Below are positions 35,801 to 49,759 of a stretch of DNA of 64,000 nucleotides, piece after piece (position 1 is the stretch's first letter; each line of letters opens with the position of its first letter). The DNA comes from Heterodontus francisci (taxonomy: Eukaryota). Under the pieces are notes generated by a model. That model saw only the letters and a list, made by a program, of their open reading frames with translations, ran no database searches and had not been told where the DNA came from. Where the stretch lies: the NCBI RefSeq assembly GCF_036365525.1, contig NC_090419.1, positions 11,656,001 through 11,720,000 on the forward strand, given 5' to 3'. The position numbers and the translations under genes are program-made.

Positions 35801-37385
35801 AAAACCCCCTCCGTCACCCTCCGGATCAAACCCCCTCTGTTGCCCTCAGAATCAAACCCCCCTCCGTCACCCTCAGGATCAAACCCCCCTCCTCCATCAC
35901 CCCCCCAGATCAAGCCCCCCCTCCATCACCCTCCGGATCAAACCCCCCTCAGTCTCCCCCAGGATCAAACCCCCCTCCATCACTCTCAGGATCAAACCCC
36001 CTTCCATCAACCTCACGATCAAACCCCCCTTCGTAGCCCTCAGGATCAAACCCCCCTCCGTCACCCTCAGGATCAAACCCCCCTCCGTCGCCCTCAGGAT
36101 CAAACCCCCCTCCATCACCCTCAGGATCAAACCCCCCTTCGTCACCCTCAGGATCAAACTCCCCTCCGTCACCCTCAGGATCAAACCCCCTTCCATCACC
36201 CTCAGGATCAAACTCCCCTCCATCACCCTCAGGATCAAACCCCCCTTTGTCACCCTCAGGATCAAACCCCCTTCCATCACCCTCAGGATCAAACTCCCCT
36301 CCATCACCCTCAGGATCAAAACCCCCTCCGTCACCCTCAGGATCAAAACCCCCTCCGTCACCCTCAGGATCAAACCCCCCTTCGTCACCCTCAGGATCAA
36401 ACCCCCCTTCGTCACCCTCAGGATCAAACCCCCCTTCGTCACCCTCAGGATCAAACCCCCCTCCGTCACCCTCAGGATCAAACCCCCCTCCGTCGCCCTC
36501 AGGATCAAACCCCCCTCCGTCACCCTCAGGATCAAACCCCCCTCCGTCACCCTCAGGATCAAAACCCCCTCCGTCACCCTCAGGATCAAACCCCCCTCCG
36601 TCACCCTCAGGATCAAACCCCCCTCCATCACCCTCAGGATCAAACCCCCCTCCGTCACCCTCAGGATCAAACCCCCCTCCGTCACCCTCAGGATCAAACC
36701 CCCCTCCGTCGCCCTCAGGATCAAACCCCCCTCCGTCACCCTCAGGATCAAACCCCCCTCCGTCACCCTCAGGATCAAAACCCCCTCCGTCACCCTCAGG
36801 ATCAAAACCCCCTCCGTCACCCTCAGGATCAAACCCCCCTTCGTCACCCTCAGGATCAAACCCCCCTTCGTCACCCTCAGGATCAAACCCCCCTTCGTCA
36901 CCCTCAGGATCAAACCCCCCTCCGTCACCCTCAGGATCAAACCCCCCTCCGTCACCCTCAGGATCAAACCCCCCTCCGTCACCCTCAGGATCAAACCCCC
37001 CTCCGTCACCCTCAGGATCAAAACCCCCTCCATCACCCTCAGGATCAAACCCCCCTCCGTCACCCTCAGGATCAAACCCCCTTCCATCACCCTCAGGATC
37101 AAACTCCCCTCCATCACCCTCAGGATCAAACCCCCCTTTGTCACCCTCAGGATCAAACCCCCTTCCATCACCCTCAGGATCAAAACCCCCTCCGTCACCC
37201 TCAGGATCAAACCCCCCTTTGTCACCCTCAGGATCAAACCCCCTTCCATCACCCTCAGGATCAAAACCCCCTCCGTCACCCTCAGGATCAAACTCCCCTC
37301 CGTCGCCCTCAGGATCAAACCCCCCTCAGTCTCCCCCAGGATCAAACCCCCCTCCATCACCCTCAGGATCAAATCCCCCTCCATC
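32847..37385. repeat. 27-bp minisatellite, array 2, roughly 165-170 units with higher-order structure
   Basis: Same unit as array 1. Identical ORFs at 33126/34939 and 33677/35490 show a 1813-bp internal duplication. Confidence 0.96.
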
Positions 37386-37705
37386 CCAAGTAGGGCGTGG
37401 GAGGAGGCTCGTGTGGAGCAGAAACACCAGCACGGAGCAGACGGGCCGAATGGTCTGTTTCTGTGCTGTAAGTACGTTAGTCCCAACCCCTCCTCTTTTC
37501 CCAAACCATTTTCAAACCCCAGATATTTATCCCATTCCTACTCTTAGACCCATTCTTGGACTTTGCCTCCCTCACTGTGTCTGAAAAGGCATCGCAGGTC
37601 CAAACATCTCTCTGTAAAATAAAACTCTCGGAATATTTTCCTTTTCAAATCAGGGCTCTGTACTGAGGAGGAGGCGGATTCAATAAAACCCGAGGCCAAT
37701 TCTAG

Positions 37706-38718
37706 AGTGACAGACTCTTCCACAGGTGCTGCAGATAAAATTGGTTGTTGGGGCTGTTACACAGTTGGCTCTCCCCTTGCACTTCTGTCTTTTTTTTCCT
37801 GCCAACTGCTAAGTCTCTTCGACTCGCCACTCTTTAGCCCCGCCTTTATGACTGCCTGCCAGCTCTGGCGAACGCTGGCAACTGACTCCCACGACTTGTG
37901 ATCAATGTCACAGGACTTTATGTCGCGTTTGCAGACGTCTTTAAAGCGGAGACATGGACGGCCGGTGGGTCTGATACCAGTGACGAGCTCACTGTACAAT
38001 GTGTCTTTGGGGATTCTGCCATCTTCCATGCGGCTCACATGGCCAAGCCATCTCAAGCACCGCTGGCTCAGTAGGGTGTATAAGCTGGGGACGTTGGCCG
38101 CCTCGAGGACTTCTGTGTTGGAGATACGGTCCTGCCGCCCGATGCCAAGGATTCTCCAGAGGCAGCGAAGATGGAATGAATTGAGACGTCGCTCTTGGCT
38201 GACGTATGTTTATTTATTTATTTACAGATACAGCACTGAAACAGGCCCTTCAGCCCACCGAGTCTGTGCCGACCAACAACCACCCATTTATACTAATCCT
38301 ACATTAACCCCATATTCTCTCCCACATCCCCACCATTCTCCTACCACCTACCCATACCAGGGGCAATTTATAATGGCCAATTTACCTATCAACCTGCAAG
38401 TCTTTGGCTGTGGGAGGAAACTGGAGCACCCGGAGAAAACCCACACAGGCACAGGGAGAACTTGCAAACTCCGCACAGGCAGTACCCAGAACTGAACCCG
38501 GGTCGCTGGAGCTGTGAGGCTGCGGTGCTAACCACTGTGCTGCCCCGTTGTCCAGGCCTCGCTGCCGTAGAGCAAGGTACTGAGGACACAGGCTTGATAC
38601 ACTCGGGCTCTTGTGTTCTGCTTCAGTGCACCATTGTCCCACACCCTCTTGGCCAGTCTGGACATAGCAGCGGATGCCTTTCCCATGTGCTTGCTGGCAT
38701 TTTAATCTATTCCTCTCT
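37706..38718 (-). mobile_element. RTE-clade LINE fragment (duplicate of 30048-31060)
   Basis: ORF 37757-38056 is near-identical to 30099-30398. Confidence 0.88.
38209..38546 (-). mobile_element. V-SINE (HE1-like), duplicate of 30551-30888
   Basis: Same sequence and same insertion point inside the RTE. Confidence 0.88.
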
Positions 38719-39103
38719 GATAAAGCCAAAAGGAATGCACAACACGGTTAAGCTGAGCAACGAGGAGCAGAGCAGAGCATCGCAATCAGGGGAAAACAAT
38801 AAGGGTAAACTCCATCACCCCCAGGAGCAACACCTACCCACTCACCCCAGCCCATCACCCTCAGGAACAAACCCCCCTCCATCACCCCCAGGAGCAACAC
38901 CTACCCACCCACCCCAGACCATCACCCTCAGGAACAAATCCCCCTCCATCAACCCCAAGATCAAAACCCCCCCGTCAACCCCGGATCAAACCCCCTTCCA
39001 TCACCCCCCAGTATCAACCCCCCCCCCCCCCCCGTGTCACCCTCAGGATCAAACTTTTGGAAACTTTCAAACTCTCAGTTACACCGAATCTCCCAACAGC
39101 AAT

Positions 39104-39417
39104 AGCTCACCATCTCCATCTGCTGGTGTCCCTGTCTCACTGCAGTTACTGTCCCCTCTCACCATCTCCATCTGCTGGTGTCCCTGTCTCACTGCAGTTT
39201 ACTGTCCCCTCTCACCATCTCCATCTGCTGGTGTCCCTGTCTCACTGCAGTTTACTGTCCCCTCTCACCATCTCCATCTGCTGGTGTCCCTGTCTCATTG
39301 CAGTTTACTGTCCCCTCTCACCATCTCCATCTGCTGGTGTCCCTGTCTCACTGCAGTTTACTGTCCCCTCTCACCATCTCCATCTGCTGGTGGCCCTGTC
39401 TCACTACAGTTACTGCA
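39104..39417. repeat. 53-bp minisatellite, 6 copies
   Basis: ctcaccatctcc at 39158 and 39211 gives the period. Confidence 0.9.
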
Positions 39418-40335
39418 GAATAGAAAGATATGGTGATGGGGGAGGAGAGGAAGTAGGGGGTGTGAGGAGGCTCGTGTGGAGCAGCAACACCAGCACGGAG
39501 CGGACGGGCCGAATGGTCTGTTTCTGTGCTGTAAATACTTTAGTCCCGACCCCTCCTCTTTCCCCAAACCATTTTAAAACATGAAACTGTCTTGGCCCTG
39601 AAACAAGGCAGCAGGTTGACGGGTCTTATTTGATCATGCAGGACAAATCCAGGCCATTCAGCCCATCGATCCTAGCCTGGCTGTTCGAAAGAGCGACCTC
39701 CTCCCATCTCTCTTCATCTTACCCTATCAGCAGATTCTTCAATTACTTTCTCACTCATGTATTTATTCAGCTCCCCCCTGAACTGAATCGTCTCTATTCG
39801 ACCTCAACCCATTCCATTTAATCGCCGATTCTACATTCTCACCACTCCCTGTGTTAAAGAACCTCCTCCTGAATTCCCAATTGGATTTATTAAGGACTAC
39901 CTTACATTTATGATCCCTGGTTTTCATCTTTCCTGTCCAATTACTCCCTCTCCCTGTTCTTTCTGAATAACCCTGCACTTGATCTTGCAGCTTGTCTGCC
40001 TCATTCCCGACATTACAACAGTGACTGCACTTCAAAATGTATTTGACTGGTTGAGGCTTGAGTGAAGCAGAGAGCTGTCGGGCCGAATGGCGCCGATCTG
40101 TGCATTAACTTCCATCTAGTTCTATGCCAAAAGTGCCAACACGAGTCGAGTAGGACAATATAACTAATGACTGAAACATGTTCAGGGTCTGACACTGAAA
40201 TGCCTGCAGAATCGGTACTTGCAGTTGCACCTGGAGCCACTAGGTGCCAGTGTTACTCCACTGCAGCCGCTGCCCAGAACATGCTCAGAGAAAGTGAGCT
40301 TTACCCACAGCAGATCCACAGGTCAACTTGGCTGC

Positions 40336-41330
40336 TTCAGGATCAAACTCCCCTCCGTCACCCTCAGGATCAAACCCCCCTCCGTCACCCTCAGGATCAA
40401 CCCCCCCCCCCCTCCGTCACCCTCAGGATCAAACCCCCCTTCGTTACCCTCAGGATCAAACCCCCCTCCGTCACCCTCCGGATCAAACCGCCTCTGTCGC
40501 CCTCAGGTACAAACCCTCCTCCATCACCCTCAGGATCAAACCCCCCTCCGTCACCCTCAGGATCAAACCCTCCTCCATCACACTCAGGATCAAACTCCCC
40601 TCCCTCACCCCCAGGATCAAACCCCCTCCGTCACCCTCAGGATCAAACCCTCCTCCATCACCCTCAGGATCAAACTCCCCTCCCTCACCCCCAGGATCAA
40701 ACCCCCTCCGTCACCCTCAGGATCAAACCCTCCTCCATCACCCTCAGGATCAAACTCCCCTCCCTCACCCCCAGGATCAAACTCCCCTCCGTCACCCTCA
40801 GGATCAAACCCTCCTCCATCACCCTCAGGATCAAACTCCCCTCCCTCACCCCCAGGATCAAACCCCCCTCCATCACCCCCAGGATCAAACCCCCCTCCAT
40901 CACCCTCAGGATCAAACTCCCCTCCCTCACCCCCAGGATCAAACCCCCCTCCATCACCCCCAGGATCAAACTCCCCTCCCTCACCCCCAGGATCAAACCC
41001 TCCTCCATCACCCCCAGGATCAAATCCCCCCTCCGTCACTCTCAGGATCAAATTCCCCTCCCTCACCCCCAGGATCAAACCCCCCTCCGTCACCCTCAGG
41101 ATCAAACTCCCCTCCATCACCCCCAGGATCAAACTCCCCTCCGTCAACCTCAGGATCAAACCCCCCTCCGTCACCCCCAGGATCAAAACCACCCTCCTTC
41201 ACCCCCAGAATCAAACCCCCCTCCATCACCCTCAGGATCAAACCCCCCTCCCTCACCCTCAGGATCAAAACCACCCTCCTTCACCCCCAGAATCAAACCC
41301 CCCTCCCCCAGGTCAACCCCCCCTCCCCCG
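40336..41330. repeat. 27-bp minisatellite, array 3, about 36 units with distinct variants
   Basis: Same core; variant units 'aaactcccctccctcacccccagg' are common here. Confidence 0.94.
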
Positions 41331-41814
41331 CCAGGACAATGTTTCTTATGAAAGTTCTTGGAAAGTTTCTCCCAGCCCTGCTGCCAGACCTGCTGAGTAT
41401 TTCCAGCATTTTCTGTTTTTTTCCCCCAGATTTCCAGTATCTGGCGTATTATGTTGTTGTGCTAATTATATAATCCTCTGCTCCACCAACCTGTATAAAA
41501 CTAGCTGAGATGGTGAATCTACGGATGTTGCTCATTCTGCAGCTCACCAGCACCTGCTCATTGAGACCCTGCAGGCTCTACCAGCTCTTGCAATGCAAAG
41601 TTGGAGCATTTGAGCAGCAAAGTCAAAGTGAACGGGGCACTGGGGGGGGGGGGGGGGGCGACAATAGTGAGCATAAACACTTGATTTCATCAAGCCAAGG
41701 TACTGTCTTCTGTAGAACGATTGGTTTCCATTGAAAGTGCCAGTTCTTCAAGCCGTTCAGTACTCTCACTGCTCCGAGAACCACTGCTTCAGATTTCAGC
41801 TTCTGGTCGGAAAT

Positions 41815-42830
41815 AGGTTGGAAGGTGGACCTGCGAGGATGACATTCAGAGGACCTCTGAAGGTGAACCTAAGATTCGGACCTGTCATGGCGAAGTTAAA
41901 AGGCACACCTGTGAAGACGATGTTGAAAGTCGGACTTGTGAAATTCAGAGGTGGACCTGTGTGTGTGAAATTCACTTGTAAGAATGAACCTTGCGAGGAT
42001 AGAGTTAAAAGGCGGTTCTATGAGCACGAAGTTAAAGAGTGGACCTGTGGAAATGAATGTCAAAGGCAGACCTGTAAGAGGGAGCCTAAAAGGCAGATTT
42101 GTGAGGGTGGAGTTAAAAGGCGGTTCTGGTAGGACAAAGGTCATATGTGGACCTGTGAGAGTGAAGTGCAGAGGGGGACCTGTGAGGGTGAATTTCAAGG
42201 GTGGACGTCAAGAAAGTGGGCCTAAAAGGCAGACTTGTGAGGGAGAAGTTAAAAGGCAGACCTAAGAGGGTGAAATTGAGAGGCGGACTTCTGAGGTTGA
42301 AGTGAAAAGGCGGACATCTGCGAGTGACGTTAAGAGGTGGACCTGTGAGGGTGCATTTCAAAGTCGGACTTGTGAGAACGAAATTCAAAGGCGGACCTGT
42401 GAGGATGAAGTTCAACGGACTTCTGAGGGTGAACCTTAAAGACAGAGCTGTGAGGGCAAAGTTAAAAGATGGACCTGTGAGGGTGAAATTCAAAGGCGAA
42501 CCTCAGAGGTGAAATTCAGAGGCAGACCTGGGAGGATGAATTTCAAGGGCAGACTTCGAGGGTGAACCAAAAAAGTGCACTGTGATGGTGAAGTCAACAG
42601 GCAGACCTAGAGGGGAAAGTTCAAATGTGGACGTGAGAATGAAGTGAAAATGAGGACCTGTGAGCATGGAGTTAAAAGGCGGATCTATGGGCACGAAGTT
42701 AAGGGGTGCACATGTCAGACTGAACTGAAAAGGCGGACCTGTGAGGGTGAAGTTCAGAGGCGGACCTGTTAGGGTGAAGTTCAGAGGCGGACCTGTGAGG
42801 GTGAAGTTCAGAGGCGCATCTGTGAGAGGG
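41815..42830. repeat. Old degenerate ~27-bp tandem repeat (aggcggacctgtgagggtgaagttcag)
   Basis: Near-perfect units at 42731-42825. Degenerate 'ggacctgtgag..tgaa' copies run back to about 41815. Confidence 0.85.
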
Positions 42831-43119
42831 ATGTTTTGTTGTGTATTTCTGAGAATTGAATAACTTACTGAAGGTAGAAGATCTGTTTGTCCGGAATTCG
42901 AGAGGGTAGCCTTTTATTGACCCTTCAACTAGTCTCCACTGTTCCATGTTGGAGGGAACCATAAATTGAAACGTGAACTAAATAACTGGGATCACAGCAA
43001 GTCAAATATGATCAATAACAGAAAATCTATAAGATAGGAAAATATGAAGTGAAATAGCACGACACAAAAAAGTACAGAAAGCGAATCAGTAAAATACCGT
43101 GAGGTACCGTGCAATTCAG

Positions 43120-43430
43120 AGTGATTGTAAGGTTGCGGACCTGTGAGAGACATACTGCACGTGCATCAGTGCGAGTGAATCTAAGGATGCGGACCTGTGT
43201 GAGACCAGCTGGACACGCACCGGTGTGAGTGAATCTAAGGATGCGGACCTGTGAGAGACATACTGCACGTGCATCAGTGTGAGTGAATCTAAGGATGCGG
43301 ACCTGTGAGAGACCAGCTGGACACGCACCGGTGTGAGTGAATCTAAGGATGCGGACCTGTGAGAGACCAGCTGGACACGCACCGGTGTGAGTGAATCTAA
43401 GGATGCGGACCTATGTGAGACATGCTGGAT
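43120..43430. repeat. 54-bp tandem repeat, about 5.5 copies, two alternating variants
   Basis: gagtgaatctaaggatgcggacc at 43281, 43335 and 43389. Confidence 0.9.
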
Positions 43431-43735
43431 AACCACCTGTGAGGGCCAAATCGATGGATATGGCCCAGTGAGCGATAAGATTGAAACAAAATTAGTTGCC
43501 GGAAATGCTCAGCAGCTTCGTGCAAAGGTGCACCGCGGACATCAAACTCCTGCTGAAAAGCAAGGCAGTTTGTCCAGGATGTCCTCTGGAGCAGTCACTG
43601 GGCGGTCAAAGTTTGTCAAAGTATTTAAAAGTTTATGACAGTTTTTAAAGGGTTGGAGAAGTATTGAAAAGTGTTGAAAAGTGCATAATAGTTTTGCAAG
43701 TTTAGAAAAAGTTTTTAAAAGTTTTGAAAGTGTTC

Positions 43736-43875
43736 TGCACCTCCCCCGGCTCAAGCCGCCATCAATCAGAGCCCTGTAGACCGCTCTATCTGTGTGGAAC
43801 ACCCTCACTTTCCGCATTATACCACGTGCTCTTACCATAATATCCTTCTATTCTCGCAGCTCCTGTCAATGTGTT
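43736..43875 (-). pseudogene. Orphan alpha-tubulin exon 1 (5' UTR + ATG|gtaaga) with no downstream exons
   Basis: Matches the type-B exon 1 and intron 1 start at 56510-56650. ATG at 43838-43836. No TATA upstream and no tubulin exon 2 downstream. Confidence 0.75.
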
Positions 43876-44499
43876 GTGTATGTTGACAAATCCATGGGTC
43901 TTTGAGAACTGTAAGAGCATCTTGGGTTATTTTACTGCTGATTGCTTTACTGATTCAATTACCAATTGGGGTCTATTTAGAAATATAAACTGCATGTCTG
44001 AACAGGGAATATTTCGCCCTCTCTGTCCAGACAGGCTGGTGCTCCAAGGGAAGCGCTTATGATTAATGAGAACCAAAACTTGTGAGGCACCTCAGCTATT
44101 GATCTTGTCTGTGAAAGATCGATGAACTAAGCTGCTAATTATAACAATGGGTGACTGTTGGGGCTGACCAAGGAGAGCGGATAAAACAGGATACCACAAC
44201 AAGATCTTAGACAGCATCAGGAAATGCCTCGGTACAATTGAACTCAAGACGTGCAGAGTTACTGATCAGACAGAAAACCAGAGTTTAAGGAGCTGTGGAG
44301 AAATATGATTGGACATATTCAGTCAAATGAGCGGCTCTTTGTGTCTGAGGAGCGGGTGTTAACGGTCAGATACAGCAGGAGAAGACAAAATGAAGACATA
44401 TGGCTGGTGTAGGTGGACGGAAATACAGGCTGGAGCCTGACAGCTACCTAGCTACCCAGTCCAAAATCAAAATGCTGGAAATTTGAAATTCGCACACAA

Positions 44500-45870
44500 A
44501 ATGCTGGAATCTATCAACCCACATCTATCTTGCACAACCACAACCATCAGAGCCTGGCCCAGTATACAACATTATTCACATCCCCATCAATGAGTCCTCC
44601 ATCAATTAGAGTGCATCTATCAGATTTCCTTCACTCAGATTACCATCAAACAGACCGCAGCGATCAGACCCCCTTCCAACAGATACCCGCCAATCAACCA
44701 TCTACCAGATTACCATCAGTGAGGCGCCAACTATCAAACTCCTCGTAATCAGACCCGTACTATCACACACCCTGTCCAACAGACTGTCATCAGTCAAACC
44801 CTCATGTATCAGACCTCCAACAATCAGAACCTGATCATCATACCCTCATCAATTAGACCCCATTTTAAAGACCATCATCAATCTTAACTCCATAAACCAG
44901 GCCCCATAAACACATTATCATCAACCAGACTCTCATTAATCAGGCCTTCTTTCATCTCCCCCAATCAGATTGAGATGAGTCAGAGGCCTGTCAATCCGAT
45001 GCACATTCATGACCTCCCCATTAATCAGGCAACTGTTAAACAAACCCCCATCTATAACAGCCCTGGCAACTACACCCTATCAATCCAGCTGATAAACAGA
45101 TCCCCATCATTCAATCATCCATCATCGAGTTCCCCATTAATCAGCCCCTTCTATCAGATTCCACTCAATCTCATTCCCGTCAATAAGACCGCAATGATCA
45201 GAACCCCATCAATCACATTCCAATCCAGCAGGCCAGGATTTACATCTATCAGATCCACTGCCAGCAGATGGATGACCTCAGTTTATTACAGTCCCATGAG
45301 TCAAATCTATCAGATTCCCATTGATGTGGTCCCAACCTGTGACACCCAGCAAGGACCCACATCAACCGGTCACCATCTATCAGATTCACAAAAATCTCTT
45401 CCCAATCAATCATATTCCCGATCAATTTTTCGCCATCGATTAGATCCACACTTATCAGGCCACCATCTCTCACATCGCAATCTGGGTGACATCAATAGTA
45501 TGACCAATCAGATCAACGTGTTTTCTATCCCATCAGTCAAATTCCCACCGATCCCACCCCCATTGAACAGATTCCCCTCAATCTAATCCCCAATAATCAG
45601 ATCCTCATCTCTCACATCCCCACCAATCTGCTCCCCATCGATTAGACTGTCAAGAATTCTCCCCGATCTATCAGCTTCCAATCTGTGAATTCTATCAATG
45701 ACCAGTATCTATCAAACCCACATTTATCAGACCCTATTAATCAGATTCCCCTCAACCCAATATCCGATATTCAGTTTCCAATCGATCTGAAACAGTCTAT
45801 CAGATCCCTGCTTGTAAAACCCATCAATCAAACACAAATCAATTAGACCCATTATCACTAGGATCCACCT
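44500..45870. repeat. Highly degenerate ~14-15-bp 'catctatcagacccc'-type fossil satellite (duplicated at ~57220-58590)
   Basis: Dense recurrence of atcaga/atcaa/cccca motifs; + strand is G-poor. Confidence 0.7.
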
Positions 45871-46142
45871 CTACTCTAGGACGGTGTTTTAATGATTGAA
45901 GTGCTGTGTGACACTTGGCCTGCAGCTCTGTGGAGTTTGATTAACCCACTTTCTGGGACCATTGATCATCTTCTATCTTCAATCTTCTTTTACACCGTGT
46001 TTCTCAATCTCTTCTCGTGCATTTGTGCTTTAATGAGACACACTTCCAAAATCATTTACAATAAATTTATTTACTTCAATAAAAGTTATAAGATCAATAT
46101 GAATAAACGTTAAAATCTTTGTACTTTCTAAACTAATAAAAC

Positions 46143-49512
<3,370 letters not shown>

Positions 49513-49569
49513 AATGTCCTTCTATTCTCGCAGCTCCTGTCAATGTATTGCCTCTGTTGCTGCTCGCCC

Positions 49570-49712
49570 TATTTATACCTCATTCTCCGAAGCCAACTCG
49601 ACTTCTTATTGGTCTGTGAGAACAAAGGGATCCGGTTGCTTGGAGAAACATCAACATAAATGGAACGTTGGTGCTCAGTGCTGATTGTTTGCTTTGTGTA
49701 AAAGGCGGGACC
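49570..49712 (-). promoter_or_regulatory. Core promoter of tubulin A1: TATA box, CCAAT box, GC-box-like site
   Basis: Minus-strand TATAAATA at 49577-49570, 58 nt from the ATG; CCAAT at 49612-49608; aggcggga near 49703. Spacing is conserved in all three genes. Confidence 0.75.
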
Positions 49713-49759
49713 AGGTGTTGAAGATGTGAGGAGCACTGGGCAACAAGGGAGGCGAGCTT

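Larger units (their letters stand above)
28001..41330. repeat. Tandem segmental triplication: copy 1 ~28001-31920, copy 2 ~31921-39417, partial copy 3 ~39418-41330
   Basis: 'gaatagaaagatatggtgatggggg' starts at 28001, 31921 and 39418. The non-VNTR sequence is near-identical: matching ORFs at 28594/32524/40013 and 30099/37757. Confidence 0.93.

Noticed and set aside
32678-37584. 983-1073-aa Pro/Ser-rich ORFs that look like extensin or mucin
   Set aside because: They arise from a stop-free 27-bp repeat. All three + frames are open, 1-bp indels switch frames freely, and there is no signal peptide or exon context.
41731-42512. Basic KGGPVRVKF-like repeat ORFs
   Set aside because: Short frames broken by stops and shifts within a decayed 27-bp repeat.
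44975-45586. 203-aa Ser/Pro/Ile-rich ORF
   Set aside because: Lies in the fossil satellite, has no recognisable domain, and is interrupted in the duplicate (57914-58306).
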